The notes: a model not told the origin generated them from the letters alone. Counted from the stretch's first letter, positions 9,219-20,008 are shown. The stretch is DNA of 64,000 nucleotides from an uncultured Gammaproteobacteria bacterium (GCA_964573135.1 CAZNIO010000005.1:3362-67361); one strand, 5' to 3'. Made by a program: numbers and translations.

Positions 9219-10855
9219 AAAACTTGAAAAACTTGAATTTCTACATTGTTATAAACCAAATTTAAATAATCTTTCTCCATTGGATTAAAATTACCAAAAT
9301 CTTTCTCTCCTAAACCATAAAATACGTAATCAATACCCTCTTTTCTTAAAAACTTCAACTTCATATTATCAGCACTATCACTTTTATAAAACCACTCCAT
9401 CTGATCAAGCTTGCTTTCATAAAATAATGTTTCAACCGCGTGACCAATAAAAACTTTTCTGCCAGATTGACCTGGGATAAAATTGCCATTATACAAATCA
9501 GAAATTATAACGTCATCTTGATCCATATTTTCAGAAAGCCACTCATAGGCCTCCACTTTTTCTTGGGATATATAATAATAAGGGTAAATATCTTTAAATA
9601 ACATTGTCTCCCGTGTCCAATTATACATATGAGACGGCGTAAACAAAAAAATAAACAAAAATAAAAGTAAATATTTATTTGAGGCCAACCAATACAATTT
9701 GCCACTCTGAAAAAAACGCCCATACAAATACCACACACCAGCCACTGCCAGCAAAGCTATCGGCATACTCAAGCCCTGTATCATTCTCCTCTGAAAATTA
9801 AAAGGAGAAAAAATTAATATACTTTGTACTATAAACCAAGTAATTAAAAAAACCTGCCTTTCTCCTGCTTCTTTCCTCTTCACTATATAATAAACTGCTA
9901 TAAATGCCAAGAATAAAACAAATCCATAACTGCCAATAGTCACCCACAGGGATGGAGTCAAACAAATGTTTTGCAATACTCTAATTTGTGTAACAAAATC
10001 ATATTTAATTAATATCACATAATATATCAACGATGGCAATGACAGGATAAATATAACAAAAAAATGCTTCAAATATCTATACAAAATTCTTCTTTTTAAA
10101 ATAGACTGAACCCCAATATATACTCCAAGTACACCAAAAATAGTTGGTACATGGAATGGATGAAATTGGAAAAGCACAAGAGACATTACCCCAGCCCATA
10201 TACTATACCTCCAGCTATTTTTTAAAAAAGCAAAATAAGAAAAAAGAAAAATTAAAACAATAAGTGTACTAGCCAAAATCAAATGAGGCGACTGGAACAT
10301 GGTCAATAGATTATTCGCTTCTGGCGCCCATAAATCAAGTGGCCAGTTATACCAACCCTTTACATAAACACTATTTGTAAGAAACAAAGAAATAGGCACT
10401 CCAAAGCCTGACGCAAAACACATAAAAATTAGGGATATTTTACGCCATTCTTCTTTTTTCCAAAATAAACTACTCAATAAATACAATACGAAAACAAACA
10501 AAGGAATAAATATAATACGTGTCAATTGAAAAACCATTAAATTGGAAAGTCCGGTATATTTACCAACTAGCCCTTGAGCCAGCCAAAAACTATTAACCAT
10601 TGACCGGGACTGACTCTCCCCCGTATATAAATCCTCAAAAACAAAATTTCCCTGCCGCGCCTGTTCCATGTACGAAAAATATACATGTATATCCCCAGGA
10701 GTTAAAGAATGCAAACCAGTATAGACATAGCCGTCTGGCGCTTGTTGCCATCCATATATATATGGCAAGGTTGTAATAATAATTATTAATAAAGAAATTG
10801 CGAACAAAAACCGCCATTCTTTTTTTGTAATTGCTTTTATTAATCCAATAATCAT
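9215..10855 (-). CDS. Polytopic membrane protein, GT-C-like candidate
   Basis: 546 aa, more than 10 predicted TM helices. Start overlaps the upstream methyltransferase stop, stop overlaps the GT2 start. Confidence 0.55.
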   Translation of the reverse strand: MIIGLIKAITKKEWRFLFAISLLIIIITTLPYIYGWQQAPDGYVYTGLHSLTPGDIHVYFSYMEQARQGNFVFEDLYTGESQSRSMVNSFWLAQGLVGKYTGLSNLMVFQLTRIIFIPLFVFVLYLLSSLFWKKEEWRKISLIFMCFASGFGVPISLFLTNSVYVKGWYNWPLDLWAPEANNLLTMFQSPHLILASTLIVLIFLFSYFAFLKNSWRYSIWAGVMSLVLFQFHPFHVPTIFGVLGVYIGVQSILKRRILYRYLKHFFVIFILSLPSLIYYVILIKYDFVTQIRVLQNICLTPSLWVTIGSYGFVLFLAFIAVYYIVKRKEAGERQVFLITWFIVQSILIFSPFNFQRRMIQGLSMPIALLAVAGVWYLYGRFFQSGKLYWLASNKYLLLFLFIFLFTPSHMYNWTRETMLFKDIYPYYYISQEKVEAYEWLSENMDQDDVIISDLYNGNFIPGQSGRKVFIGHAVETLFYESKLDQMEWFYKSDSADNMKLKFLRKEGIDYVFYGLGEKDFGNFNPMEKDYLNLVYNNVEIQVFQVL

Positions 10856-11475
10856 AGGCTCTCTTTCTTAACTTTAAACCAAATATTCATACCCATCTCA
10901 AAATACCCATACTGCATATTTTCAGTTAAAAACCCAGAGGAAGCGCCAAGTGTCACCAACTCATTAAAATTATAATAAGCTTTATGCTCATCTATCTCCT
11001 CCTTACTTACAAGCCCAACTCGAGCCATCACGCGCAATACTTTATCAGCCCTTAAAGCCGGGGTAGTTAAAAAACAAAAACCGCCGGGAGATAAAACTCT
11101 ATGAATTTCACTCACAAGCAATCTAGCGGACTCGGGCTCAAGATGCTCTATCACGGCCATCATTGTCACCATATCAAAATAGTTATCTTCAAAGGACAAC
11201 TTGCAATTTACTTCAAGGTCTTGAGATATTAATTCAACACCAGCCCGAGTAACTACTTCATCTTCCTTAATTCCTGATAATTTATCGATTCCCCATCTCT
11301 CATTAAAACCACTTTCCAATAACAATAAAGGATAATGACCCGAACCAATATCCAAAATACGCCCTGAAAAATTGCAAGAACTGTTCTTTTTTTTAAATAT
11401 CTTTATCCTTTTTTTAGCCAAAAAATTTTCAAGTAACCCTGCGCCACGAGTAACTTTTCTATCTATATTAGTCAT
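10852..11475 (-). CDS. Class I SAM-dependent methyltransferase
   Basis: Motif I ILDIGSGHYP, motif post-II, VLSPGGFCFLTTP. Confidence 0.8.
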   Translation of the reverse strand: MTNIDRKVTRGAGLLENFLAKKRIKIFKKKNSSCNFSGRILDIGSGHYPLLLLESGFNERWGIDKLSGIKEDEVVTRAGVELISQDLEVNCKLSFEDNYFDMVTMMAVIEHLEPESARLLVSEIHRVLSPGGFCFLTTPALRADKVLRVMARVGLVSKEEIDEHKAYYNFNELVTLGASSGFLTENMQYGYFEMGMNIWFKVKKESL

Positions 11476-13195
11476 AAATTACTTGATAAATATAATTATT
11501 GCCAAAATTAATAGCATAATCCAAATAACCGCTATCCTCTATCTCTTGAATAATTCTATCCTTGTCCTCATCTTTTTTTTCAAAATAATCAAAATGAAAA
11601 ACCATATAATTTGTCTTGTATTCTCGTATTGTGGAAATATCTCTATCTAAATTAAAATATTTGAACCTGGTTGCTAATTCAAAATATCCAGGTGAACAAT
11701 ACCCACTATAACCATTAACTATTTTTCTAAAATGCAAACGCGAATTAAACACATAGTTAATGTCATAATTAATAAATAAATCATAGGGTGACGCCATCGG
11801 TAATTCCCAAAACACCATCGTATTAGGCTGATCCTTTATCCATGAATACGTCGCTCTTTCCTGGGGAGTCAATCCAATCAGTCCATACGCTGGTGTTGGT
11901 ATAAAGGTAAGCTCAGTAAATAAAAATATAAACACCCAAAACACCGATAATAACTTAATGAATATACTCTTACCCTGCTTTAGCCACCATGCCATACCAT
12001 AGCCAATAACAACCGCCATACTAAGAAGCAAAAACACACTATAGCGTCCCGCCGCTCGAATACCGTTAAATCCGGGCAATAAATAATAAAGAAGGATATA
12101 AGGGCCAGGTATACCTGACTTATCTACAAAGGTCAATTGAATATAGTAACCAAAGGATATCAAAAAAGCTACGAGCCCAACAGCTCCGTAAATAACAAAA
12201 TTTCGTTTATTATTACCCTCCCTAAAAAATTCACTCCTGTAAAGCGCCATCATTGCCAAAATAAACAACAAAATAATCACTAATCCGGGACTAACAATCA
12301 TCTCAATATGCCCTCTCTCTTGAGAATAAACTTCATACCAGGGAGAAGGTATAAAATAATCCACCAAATCTGGAGAATGCGCCTCAACTTCACCGATAAG
12401 TCTCGTATTAACTCCATATTCATTCTTCACCTGATAATATGGTCGGATCAAAGGCAAAACGATCATCACTAATAATAACATCGCCAATAATATCTTAATT
12501 ATATTCCCCCGATTAAAAGAAAAAGCCCTAACTGAGATAAAAATCACGCCAAAAAAAACAATCACAATGGGCAAAAAAATAAAATAATGCATACTATTTA
12601 AAAATACCAATATCACAAAAAACAACAAAATTAGTACATTCTTCCAGCTCTGTTTCTTGAAAAATTTATGTAAATATAAAAAAACAAAAGGTAACCACAT
12701 GCCAACCAGGTGCAAATGCTCTGCGCTTTGTGCCACCTTAAATGGATTAAAAGCGTAAACCAAAGCAGCCAATAAACTTGCCCACTTATTTTTAGTTAAA
12801 TAATATACAAGCGCATACATGCCCATACCAGAAATTGCAAAAGATAAAAAAATTATCAAATTATATGTTAAAGCAATATTTCCAGTCGCCTTAAGAATTG
12901 GCCAAGCCATAAATGTCGTTCCTAAAAAAGTTTCAGAAAAAGCAAGCGTATTACTAAAAGGAGCATAAATATTTGCCTCAAACAAATTCAAGGGGTTATT
13001 TGCTAAAATCTCCATATTCCACGACCACACCCAAGATATATAGTAAGCGTCACGTTGTGGCATCTTATAATCAATCTCAGACCAAGGAATATCAAGACTC
13101 ATACTTGCAAGTTGCATAAAAACAACACAAATAAAAATATACTGCAATACATTCCCACGTTTTAATAATTTCCAAAATTTAACAATAAAATCCAT
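11468..13195 (-). CDS. Polytopic membrane protein, paralog B (GT-C-like candidate)
   Basis: 575 aa. N-terminal YISWVWSWNMEILANNPLNLFEANIYAPF closely parallels 13926..15617 (YIWSWEMEMLPNDPLNLFHANIFYPF). Further colinear motifs: GMWLPFVFLYL vs GMWLPYVFLWL, SPDLVDYFI in both, GYYIQLT in both. Confidence 0.65.
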   Translation of the reverse strand: MDFIVKFWKLLKRGNVLQYIFICVVFMQLASMSLDIPWSEIDYKMPQRDAYYISWVWSWNMEILANNPLNLFEANIYAPFSNTLAFSETFLGTTFMAWPILKATGNIALTYNLIIFLSFAISGMGMYALVYYLTKNKWASLLAALVYAFNPFKVAQSAEHLHLVGMWLPFVFLYLHKFFKKQSWKNVLILLFFVILVFLNSMHYFIFLPIVIVFFGVIFISVRAFSFNRGNIIKILLAMLLLVMIVLPLIRPYYQVKNEYGVNTRLIGEVEAHSPDLVDYFIPSPWYEVYSQERGHIEMIVSPGLVIILLFILAMMALYRSEFFREGNNKRNFVIYGAVGLVAFLISFGYYIQLTFVDKSGIPGPYILLYYLLPGFNGIRAAGRYSVFLLLSMAVVIGYGMAWWLKQGKSIFIKLLSVFWVFIFLFTELTFIPTPAYGLIGLTPQERATYSWIKDQPNTMVFWELPMASPYDLFINYDINYVFNSRLHFRKIVNGYSGYCSPGYFELATRFKYFNLDRDISTIREYKTNYMVFHFDYFEKKDEDKDRIIQEIEDSGYLDYAINFGNNYIYQVIYD

Positions 13196-13208
13196 TAAAA
13201 AAACTTAA

Positions 13209-13919
13209 TTAATCAAAAAATCTATATCTAATGATGCACCACAAAGCTCTTAGCCCTGTGGGCAAAGCTACTAATTTTTTACCGTCTTCATATGTTCTCC
13301 CGGCATAAGAAATGCCAACTTCATAAAACCTATACTTCGTGCGTGCAGCCTTCATAGTAAACTCATTTTCAAAACCAAATCCATTTTCCTTAATATCCAT
13401 ATTCTTCACTACTTGCGTAGTAAAAGCCTTATAACAAGTCTCAACATCAGTAAGGTTTAAATTAGAAAAAATATTAGAAACAAGCGTTATAAACTTGTTG
13501 CCAACATAATGCCAAAAATAAAGAACTCGATGAGGTTTATATCCAATCAAGCGTGAGCCATAAACTATGTCTGCCCGATTATCAAGTATGGGCCTAACTA
13601 ATTCTTTAATCTCATCAGGATCATACTCCAAATCTGCATCTTGTATAACAACAATGTCGCCACTTACTTTAGCAAGCGCAGTTCTAATCCCAGCTCCTTT
13701 GCCCATATTTTTTTCATGGTGCAATAGTATATACCCCATCTCTTGCGCTTCATCTAAAATCTCGCTCGTTCCGTCTGTCGAGCCATCATTAACGACAATA
13801 ATTTCTTTTTCTAATCCACAAATATCCGCTTTATATAATCGCTCAAGCAATTTTTTAATAAAAACATTTTCATTGTATACCGGGACTATAATAGAAATTT
13901 TCTCTATCTTGCCTGTCAT
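13209..13919 (-). CDS. GT2 glycosyltransferase (DPM1-like)
   Basis: SIIVPVYNENVFI ... VVNDGSTDGT ... QDADLEYDP. Confidence 0.85.
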   Translation of the reverse strand: MTGKIEKISIIVPVYNENVFIKKLLERLYKADICGLEKEIIVVNDGSTDGTSEILDEAQEMGYILLHHEKNMGKGAGIRTALAKVSGDIVVIQDADLEYDPDEIKELVRPILDNRADIVYGSRLIGYKPHRVLYFWHYVGNKFITLVSNIFSNLNLTDVETCYKAFTTQVVKNMDIKENGFGFENEFTMKAARTKYRFYEVGISYAGRTYEDGKKLVALPTGLRALWCIIRYRFFD

Positions 13920-13925
13920 AATATT

Positions 13926-15617
13926 TTAATTAATTTTATACACATAATCATTGTCTTCGATTTTTACTAGCTCAACATACTCATTTTTTTCAATCTCATT
14001 AATCAAATACTCCTTATAACTCTCGGCATAACAATCAAAATGAAATATGATATGCGTCACACCATAATTTAGAACAAAATCAACATCCTCACTGTTAAAT
14101 TTAAATAATTCTTTGTTAAGCTCTGTATAATCATCCGGTGCATACCCACTATACCCATTAACCGTTTTATGAAAAACTCCAATTGAACAATATTCATGCA
14201 AGGCATTATAATTCCTCCGCAGATGATCAATGCCCATCGGCATCTCTAAATAAACGTTATCATCATTTTGATCATTCACCCATTCATAAATAGCCGAACA
14301 GGGCTGACCGATGCTAGCATAATGCCTTGGATGAGCAAAACTAAACTCAAAAGCCAGTAGAGAAATTATAAACAAAGTTATTAATAACTTCTTCCAGTGT
14401 TTCTTAACTATTGAATCGAAAAATTCAGACAAACCATATGATATTATAATACACGATGCAATCAAAAAGAAAATACTAAAACGACCCAAAACCCTAATTC
14501 CATCGGCTCCTGGTACAAAATGATAAAAAAACGCCCACGGACCCATTAAGCCAAAGGTATCTGCCCGAGTCAGTTGTATATAATAACCAAAAGAGAACAA
14601 AACTGCCAAAATACCAATTATATAATAAATTATAGTACGGAAAACTAATTCTTGTCTTTTTTTAAAAATAAACCAACTTGAGAAAAAAAATAAAATTAAT
14701 ACAAACCAACCGGGTCCAATCGCCCATTCAGGAAAAAATACAGGATAAAAATATTTATACACAAAAGGACTTATAAAATAATCAACTAAATCAGGCGACA
14801 GGCCTTCAATTGAACCAATAGCTCTATTAAAATCAAATTCTTGCCCCATGGATATGTAACTCCATGCTATTGGTGCAACCAAAAATAAAAAAATTAAAAA
14901 ACAAAGACCCATTTTAAGCAGATTATTTCTCGATAATTTAAACTTGTTAAGTAAGTAATCACTAAAAAATATTAAAAAAATACACACACACAAAAAAATA
15001 AAATACTGCAGACCATTTAAAAAAGAAAGTGCCACAAAAAAAGTTAGTAATAATATATTTCTCCATGTATTTTCGTTCAAAAATTTTCTCAACCATAAAA
15101 ATACATATGGTAGCCACATCCCACCTAAATTAATATGTTCTAAATGATGGATCTTAAATGGAGCAAAGGCATAAATAAAAGCACCAATCACAGCAACATA
15201 TTTATTTTTCGTTAAATATTCAAGTAATAAATACATACCCAGTCCGCCAATTGCAAAAGACAATAAACTTACCAAATTGAAAGACATCATAATATTATTA
15301 AAAATCAAGAATAATGGCCAAGCCAAAACTAACGACCCGAGCATATGTTCAGTAAAGAGCAGGGTATACTTAAAAGGATAAAAAATATTAGCATGAAATA
15401 AATTCAATGGGTCATTCGGCAGCATTTCCATTTCCCACGACCAAATATAACTCACGAGCATGGGATCCCCATCAGTCGGCAAAACGCTACCAATATTCCC
15501 AAACGGTATTCTTGTAAAAAAAATTGCCAGAATAAAAAACAGAACAAAAACAATAAACGCCCAAGCTCTATTTTGTGAAAAAAACATATTAATCTTTTTT
15601 CCTCGGAAATTTATCAT
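13926..15617 (-). CDS. Polytopic membrane protein, paralog A (GT-C-like candidate)
   Basis: 563 aa. Colinear with 11468..13195 (see that entry). Confidence 0.65.
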   Translation of the reverse strand: MINFRGKKINMFFSQNRAWAFIVFVLFFILAIFFTRIPFGNIGSVLPTDGDPMLVSYIWSWEMEMLPNDPLNLFHANIFYPFKYTLLFTEHMLGSLVLAWPLFLIFNNIMMSFNLVSLLSFAIGGLGMYLLLEYLTKNKYVAVIGAFIYAFAPFKIHHLEHINLGGMWLPYVFLWLRKFLNENTWRNILLLTFFVALSFLNGLQYFIFLCVCIFLIFFSDYLLNKFKLSRNNLLKMGLCFLIFLFLVAPIAWSYISMGQEFDFNRAIGSIEGLSPDLVDYFISPFVYKYFYPVFFPEWAIGPGWFVLILFFFSSWFIFKKRQELVFRTIIYYIIGILAVLFSFGYYIQLTRADTFGLMGPWAFFYHFVPGADGIRVLGRFSIFFLIASCIIISYGLSEFFDSIVKKHWKKLLITLFIISLLAFEFSFAHPRHYASIGQPCSAIYEWVNDQNDDNVYLEMPMGIDHLRRNYNALHEYCSIGVFHKTVNGYSGYAPDDYTELNKELFKFNSEDVDFVLNYGVTHIIFHFDCYAESYKEYLINEIEKNEYVELVKIEDNDYVYKIN

Positions 15618-16927
15618 ACTCTAAAAAATATAGAAAAAAAACCTTCAAGCTTACCGAAAAGAGGAATAAACAATTCCTCACCAAAAAAACTATACGTACC
15701 TCCATACCAAAATGCGCCAAAGCCAATATAGGCAAACAAAAATGAACAAAACAAAATCACAAAAAAATAAAACAAAAATCTTTTATTTAAAAAATTATCC
15801 ATCAAGGTTGATATAAAAAAGAAAATACATGCATAGCAAATAATAAACCACCTAAAGCCATATTCCAAGCCACCGTAATTATTAGTAAACACTGTTAAAC
15901 TAAACAATATTAAGCCCGCAGTAAGGGCTATCCATAATGCTAAGTTATACAAAATATGTTTCCTATCAAATATCACTTTAGTTATACCCCATGCACCAAA
16001 AATTAAAATAGGTGAATACAAAAAAATACCATGCGAACCAATCAATATATTAAATAAATACAATAATTTATTATGCCTCAAAGCATCAATGCCTCTCGGT
16101 TCCAGCCAATAACTACCAGCATATTCATATAACCCACTATTTAAATAAGCCGGAAATATATTTCCTGTAACTTGTAAATTAAACAGTAGATATAATAATA
16201 TAACAGGCAGGGCTCCCCAAATATAATAAAGAGAATATTTTCTTGTCTCTTTGTTCATTAATAAGTATACAAAACAAGTCACAAAAAATATTGATCCCTG
16301 CACCACCTCCGTAGATACAGCCAAAGACATCGATAACCCACACAGCGCAACCAGCTTGTTAATTTTTATTACACCACCAAAATTAATTTTTAACAAACAA
16401 TAAAACGCCCAAAAAACAAATAATGCGGACAATATATGATTGCCAAAACTCGCAGAATAAGTAAATAAAAGCGTCCCAAACCCAAGCGACAAGGTAAATA
16501 GCATTTTATACTCTTCCTTGACCTTCACTAACCCTAAAGCTCTATAAAAAAACACCAACAAAAAAGAAAAGGGCAAAGCTACTGTTAAAACACACAAAAT
16601 ATAATAGACTAAAAATGAAAATTTTAAATCAAAAACATTATATAATATATAATATATGCCAGCCCCCAATATTGACGGAAGTGGCGCCTTAGTAGAATAA
16701 AAATGCCCATCACGATAAATCTTGTCAATTGTGTCCATGTCTGGCACTGACTCAATAGCCAAGGTTCCATGCTCCACTAAAGCACGCACAGTTAATATAC
16801 GAGAAGTAGTTAAGTCCCCCGCATAATGTGCAGTAAGCATAGATACAATAAAAAAACCAATAAAGAATATTAAAAACTGCTTTGATTTCAAAATATCATT
16901 TAATACTGTTAATATCTTCTTTCTCAT
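15614..16927 (-). CDS. Polytopic membrane protein (GT-C-like candidate)
   Basis: 437 aa, about 11 TM. Periplasmic-loop motif RDGHFYSTKAPLPS after TM1. Confidence 0.55.
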   Translation of the reverse strand: MRKKILTVLNDILKSKQFLIFFIGFFIVSMLTAHYAGDLTTSRILTVRALVEHGTLAIESVPDMDTIDKIYRDGHFYSTKAPLPSILGAGIYYILYNVFDLKFSFLVYYILCVLTVALPFSFLLVFFYRALGLVKVKEEYKMLFTLSLGFGTLLFTYSASFGNHILSALFVFWAFYCLLKINFGGVIKINKLVALCGLSMSLAVSTEVVQGSIFFVTCFVYLLMNKETRKYSLYYIWGALPVILLYLLFNLQVTGNIFPAYLNSGLYEYAGSYWLEPRGIDALRHNKLLYLFNILIGSHGIFLYSPILIFGAWGITKVIFDRKHILYNLALWIALTAGLILFSLTVFTNNYGGLEYGFRWFIICYACIFFFISTLMDNFLNKRFLFYFFVILFCSFLFAYIGFGAFWYGGTYSFFGEELFIPLFGKLEGFFSIFFRV

Positions 16928-17207
16928 TTATTTTAACTAAATATAAATTTCTAAAATAAATAACGGTGGACAATATTCCGCTAACAATAAAAACAGGATC
17001 CTTAATATGAAAAGAATAAATCAAAAGCATAATCGCTCCAATAATACTTAAATACCAATAAGTTACTGGAATGACACTTTTTTTAGCTTTCTCAGAAGAT
17101 ATCCACTGAACAAGAACGCGCATAAAAAAAATAAATTGTGCTAAAAAACCAAAAAATATCCAAAAATTAAAATATTGCCAAAAATTAAACATATTATTTT
17201 TTAGCAA
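16896..17207 (-). CDS. Small membrane protein with lipid-A-biosynthesis N-terminal (LAB_N, PF07578-like) domain
   Basis: FMRVLVQWISSEKAKKSVIPVTYWYLSIIGAIMLLIYSF resembles the LAB_N consensus (VQW..SE.aK.SV.P..FW.lS..G). 3 TM. Confidence 0.55.
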   Translation of the reverse strand: MLKNNMFNFWQYFNFWIFFGFLAQFIFFMRVLVQWISSEKAKKSVIPVTYWYLSIIGAIMLLIYSFHIKDPVFIVSGILSTVIYFRNLYLVKINEKEDINSIK

Positions 17208-19050
17208 CTACTAAATAGCAGTGGCTTAAATCTGAATTAATAAAAATCCTTTGTAAAAAATAAAATGGTAACAACACAAAATCATTAAACAGAAAAAAGA
17301 ATTTCCCAGCAATGCCCCTATCAATACCACTCTTGTTGGTATTGTGCTGTTTATCAGATGATGCTGACTCCCATTTCGCTATTCTTTTGCGTATAAACCT
17401 TAAAATATTAACTAACGGAAATCCATAACTGTATATTCTCTCAATTAAAAAACCAGCCGACTCCATCATCTGTTCTATCTCTCTCCTTTCATAACGCCTA
17501 AAATGCCCGGCCCCTTCATCAAGAATACTCCATTCTTTTTTATGAGCCGGCACAGAAAAAATAAAATAACCACCATTATTGATCAAAGAATGTATCTTCG
17601 CTATGGTTGACCTGTCATCTTTAATATGCTCTAGAACTTCAAAAGCAAAAATCATATCATATTTTGCATCTCCTGTTTTTTGCATAATATCTTGGTGCTG
17701 TATCAAAATTTGTTTTGAAAAATCTGCAGTCCTTAATCGAGCAATTGTTACAGCGTCCTCAGATACATCTATGCCTTGGCCAGAAAAACCCATCTTAACT
17801 AGGTCAAGACAAAAACTACCACCCCCAACACCAATTTCTAAAAAAGATTTTGTCAAAGGCATTTCGCTTATAACATCATCAAAAATAATTTTTTTTCTAA
17901 ATCGATAACTAGAGCTATCATGCCATGTTTTTCTTTTCACCAACTCATCAATAATATTTTTAAAATCTTCAGACGTTTTTTCAATAAGAAAATTATTTTT
18001 AAATAATTCTAACGCTCCACAACTAATTCTATCTCTCAACTTTTTATCTACCTTAAGCTTTAAAATAATATCAGCCAAAGCCTGACTGTCACCTACGGGG
18101 CACATCATTGCATTCTCTTTATCTACAAAACCGGCTGAACGCGAAGCCGAAGAATCAGCAACTATAACCGGCTTAGCCATCGCTATCATCTGAAATGTTT
18201 TATTGCTCACAACACGACAAGCTTTATCACTCTTACCAAAATGACCACCGAGACAAATATCTGCTTTAGCAATTTTTTGAGGTAATTTATAAAATTCAAC
18301 CCAGTCTAAAAAAGTAATTTTATGCTCAATATTAAGTTCTTTAGCTAATCCAATTATTTTACTGTGAACTTGACCAGTGCCAACAATTGTAAAATGGACA
18401 TCTTTATTTCTTAATATATTCACAGCCCTGATAATATACTTAATCCCATGAATAGGGGTAAATTTACCATAAAATAATACTTCAAATTTTTTATTATTAT
18501 TTACAGAATTAATTGGAGTAAAAATTTTATCATCTGCCCCAATATAAACAAAGCTTAACTTGCTTTCAGGCACCTTAAACTGTTTACAAAAATACTTAGC
18601 ATGTTCAGGAGTATCTAAAACAATCTTGTTGGCCAACAAGCAGCTGATCTTATCTAATGAATAAACAGCTTTTTTAATCAAATAATTATCACTTATCTTG
18701 CGATCATTAATCATCGTATCATAAAGTGATATCATTGGATTGAATATTATTTTTTTGGTTGGAAACAAAATCCTCGCCAATATCATATCTAATTGACCAG
18801 GGTAACCAACCACGACACAATCGACCTTGGACAGACTCAATCGTCTCCAAATTAGTTTAAAATAACAGAATATTAAATTAAAAAATATTTTTAATTTATT
18901 ACCGAAAGTAATGGAAAATTTATTTTCTATTCCGTCGAATAATGATTCGTGCAACTCGACAACCTGAACTCCTTTCAATCTCAGTCCCAAAATAACATTT
19001 TGGTTACGTGGATATTTGGCTTCATAGGTTCCAAAATAACAAAGTTTCAT
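17194..19050 (-). CDS. Fusion protein: N-terminal glycosyltransferase (GT4-like Rossmann) plus C-terminal class I SAM methyltransferase
   Basis: N-terminal ~380 aa with GT-B-like C-terminal half (GGHFGKS...VIVADS). C-terminal ~230 aa with LEIGVGGGSFCLDL and IFAFEVLEHIKDD methyltransferase motifs. Confidence 0.65.
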   Translation of the reverse strand: MKLCYFGTYEAKYPRNQNVILGLRLKGVQVVELHESLFDGIENKFSITFGNKLKIFFNLIFCYFKLIWRRLSLSKVDCVVVGYPGQLDMILARILFPTKKIIFNPMISLYDTMINDRKISDNYLIKKAVYSLDKISCLLANKIVLDTPEHAKYFCKQFKVPESKLSFVYIGADDKIFTPINSVNNNKKFEVLFYGKFTPIHGIKYIIRAVNILRNKDVHFTIVGTGQVHSKIIGLAKELNIEHKITFLDWVEFYKLPQKIAKADICLGGHFGKSDKACRVVSNKTFQMIAMAKPVIVADSSASRSAGFVDKENAMMCPVGDSQALADIILKLKVDKKLRDRISCGALELFKNNFLIEKTSEDFKNIIDELVKRKTWHDSSSYRFRKKIIFDDVISEMPLTKSFLEIGVGGGSFCLDLVKMGFSGQGIDVSEDAVTIARLRTADFSKQILIQHQDIMQKTGDAKYDMIFAFEVLEHIKDDRSTIAKIHSLINNGGYFIFSVPAHKKEWSILDEGAGHFRRYERREIEQMMESAGFLIERIYSYGFPLVNILRFIRKRIAKWESASSDKQHNTNKSGIDRGIAGKFFFLFNDFVLLPFYFLQRIFINSDLSHCYLVVAKK

Positions 19051-19063
19051 ATAAATAAAAATT

Positions 19064-20008
19064 TTAAATTATTTTCTTAATTGAATAATCTTTATCTCTT
19101 CTAGACATATTGGCAATCATTTCTCCAATTAAGCCGAACAGTACTAATTGAACTCCAATAATAATCAGCAAAACAGCAAAAATAAGTAATGGCCTACCTC
19201 CAATAGGCTGGCCTAATATAATTTTAATGTAAGTCAAGTATAGCCCAACCATGAACCCCGCCAAAAAGAATAAACTGCCCACTCCTCCAAAAAAATGAAG
19301 GGGTCTTTTTAAATAAAAAAATAAAAACCCAACCGTAATTAAATCAAAGAAACCACCAAATATCCTTGAAAAGCCATATTTACTCTTACCGAATTTTCTC
19401 TTCCTGTGGTTTACTTTAACCTCATCTACATTAAATCCCTTAAAATCAGCAAACACGGGAATATACCGGTAAAGACCAGCATATAAATCCAAATACGGAA
19501 TTATCTCGCGCCTCATGCATCTGTAGCCATTATCAAAATCGTGTAAACAAAGCCCCGTCATTCGCCTCAAAATAATATTAAAAAATCTAGACGCCATCAC
19601 TCGAGTCAATCGATCAGCCCTCTTATGCTTCCAGCCAATTACAATGTCATTGCCCTCTTCAAGCTTTGATATAAATTTTCTGATATCCCCCGGATCATCC
19701 TGTAAATCACCATCCATTGTAATAACCAACTCTCCTCGACATTCATTAAATCCCGCCTTATAAGCCGCCGCCTTACCAAAGTTGCGCCTCAACTCTATAA
19801 TTTTTAATCGACTTTCTTCTCGGTTCTTCATTTTTTCCAATATCTTTTGTGACCCGTCAGTTGATCCATCATCTACAAAAATAACCTCATATTTATCCGC
19901 CAATGCGCTTAAATTCTTTTTTAACTCATCATATAAAATTTCTAAATTTTCCTGTTCATTATAAACAGGAATCACCACCGATATTATATATTTATTACTT
20001 TCTATCAT
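19064..20008 (-). CDS. GT2 polyprenol-phosphate glycosyltransferase with C-terminal TM helices (ArnC/GtrB-like)
   Basis: SVVIPVYNEQENL ... FVDDGSTDGS ... MDGDLQDDP. Two C-terminal TM segments typical of GtrB/ArnC. Confidence 0.85.
   Translation of the reverse strand: MIESNKYIISVVIPVYNEQENLEILYDELKKNLSALADKYEVIFVDDGSTDGSQKILEKMKNREESRLKIIELRRNFGKAAAYKAGFNECRGELVITMDGDLQDDPGDIRKFISKLEEGNDIVIGWKHKRADRLTRVMASRFFNIILRRMTGLCLHDFDNGYRCMRREIIPYLDLYAGLYRYIPVFADFKGFNVDEVKVNHRKRKFGKSKYGFSRIFGGFFDLITVGFLFFYLKRPLHFFGGVGSLFFLAGFMVGLYLTYIKIILGQPIGGRPLLIFAVLLIIIGVQLVLFGLIGEMIANMSRRDKDYSIKKII

Noticed and set aside
9505-9738. Many 60-130-aa ORF-track entries lying antisense or out of frame inside larger genes (e.g. 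9505..9738, 13567..13929, 25368..25685, 28235..28633, 44881..45309, 51098..51490, 54326..54667)
   Set aside because: Fully contained within confidently called longer ORFs on the opposite strand or another frame. Low-complexity, no RBS or promoter. Treated as shadow ORFs.
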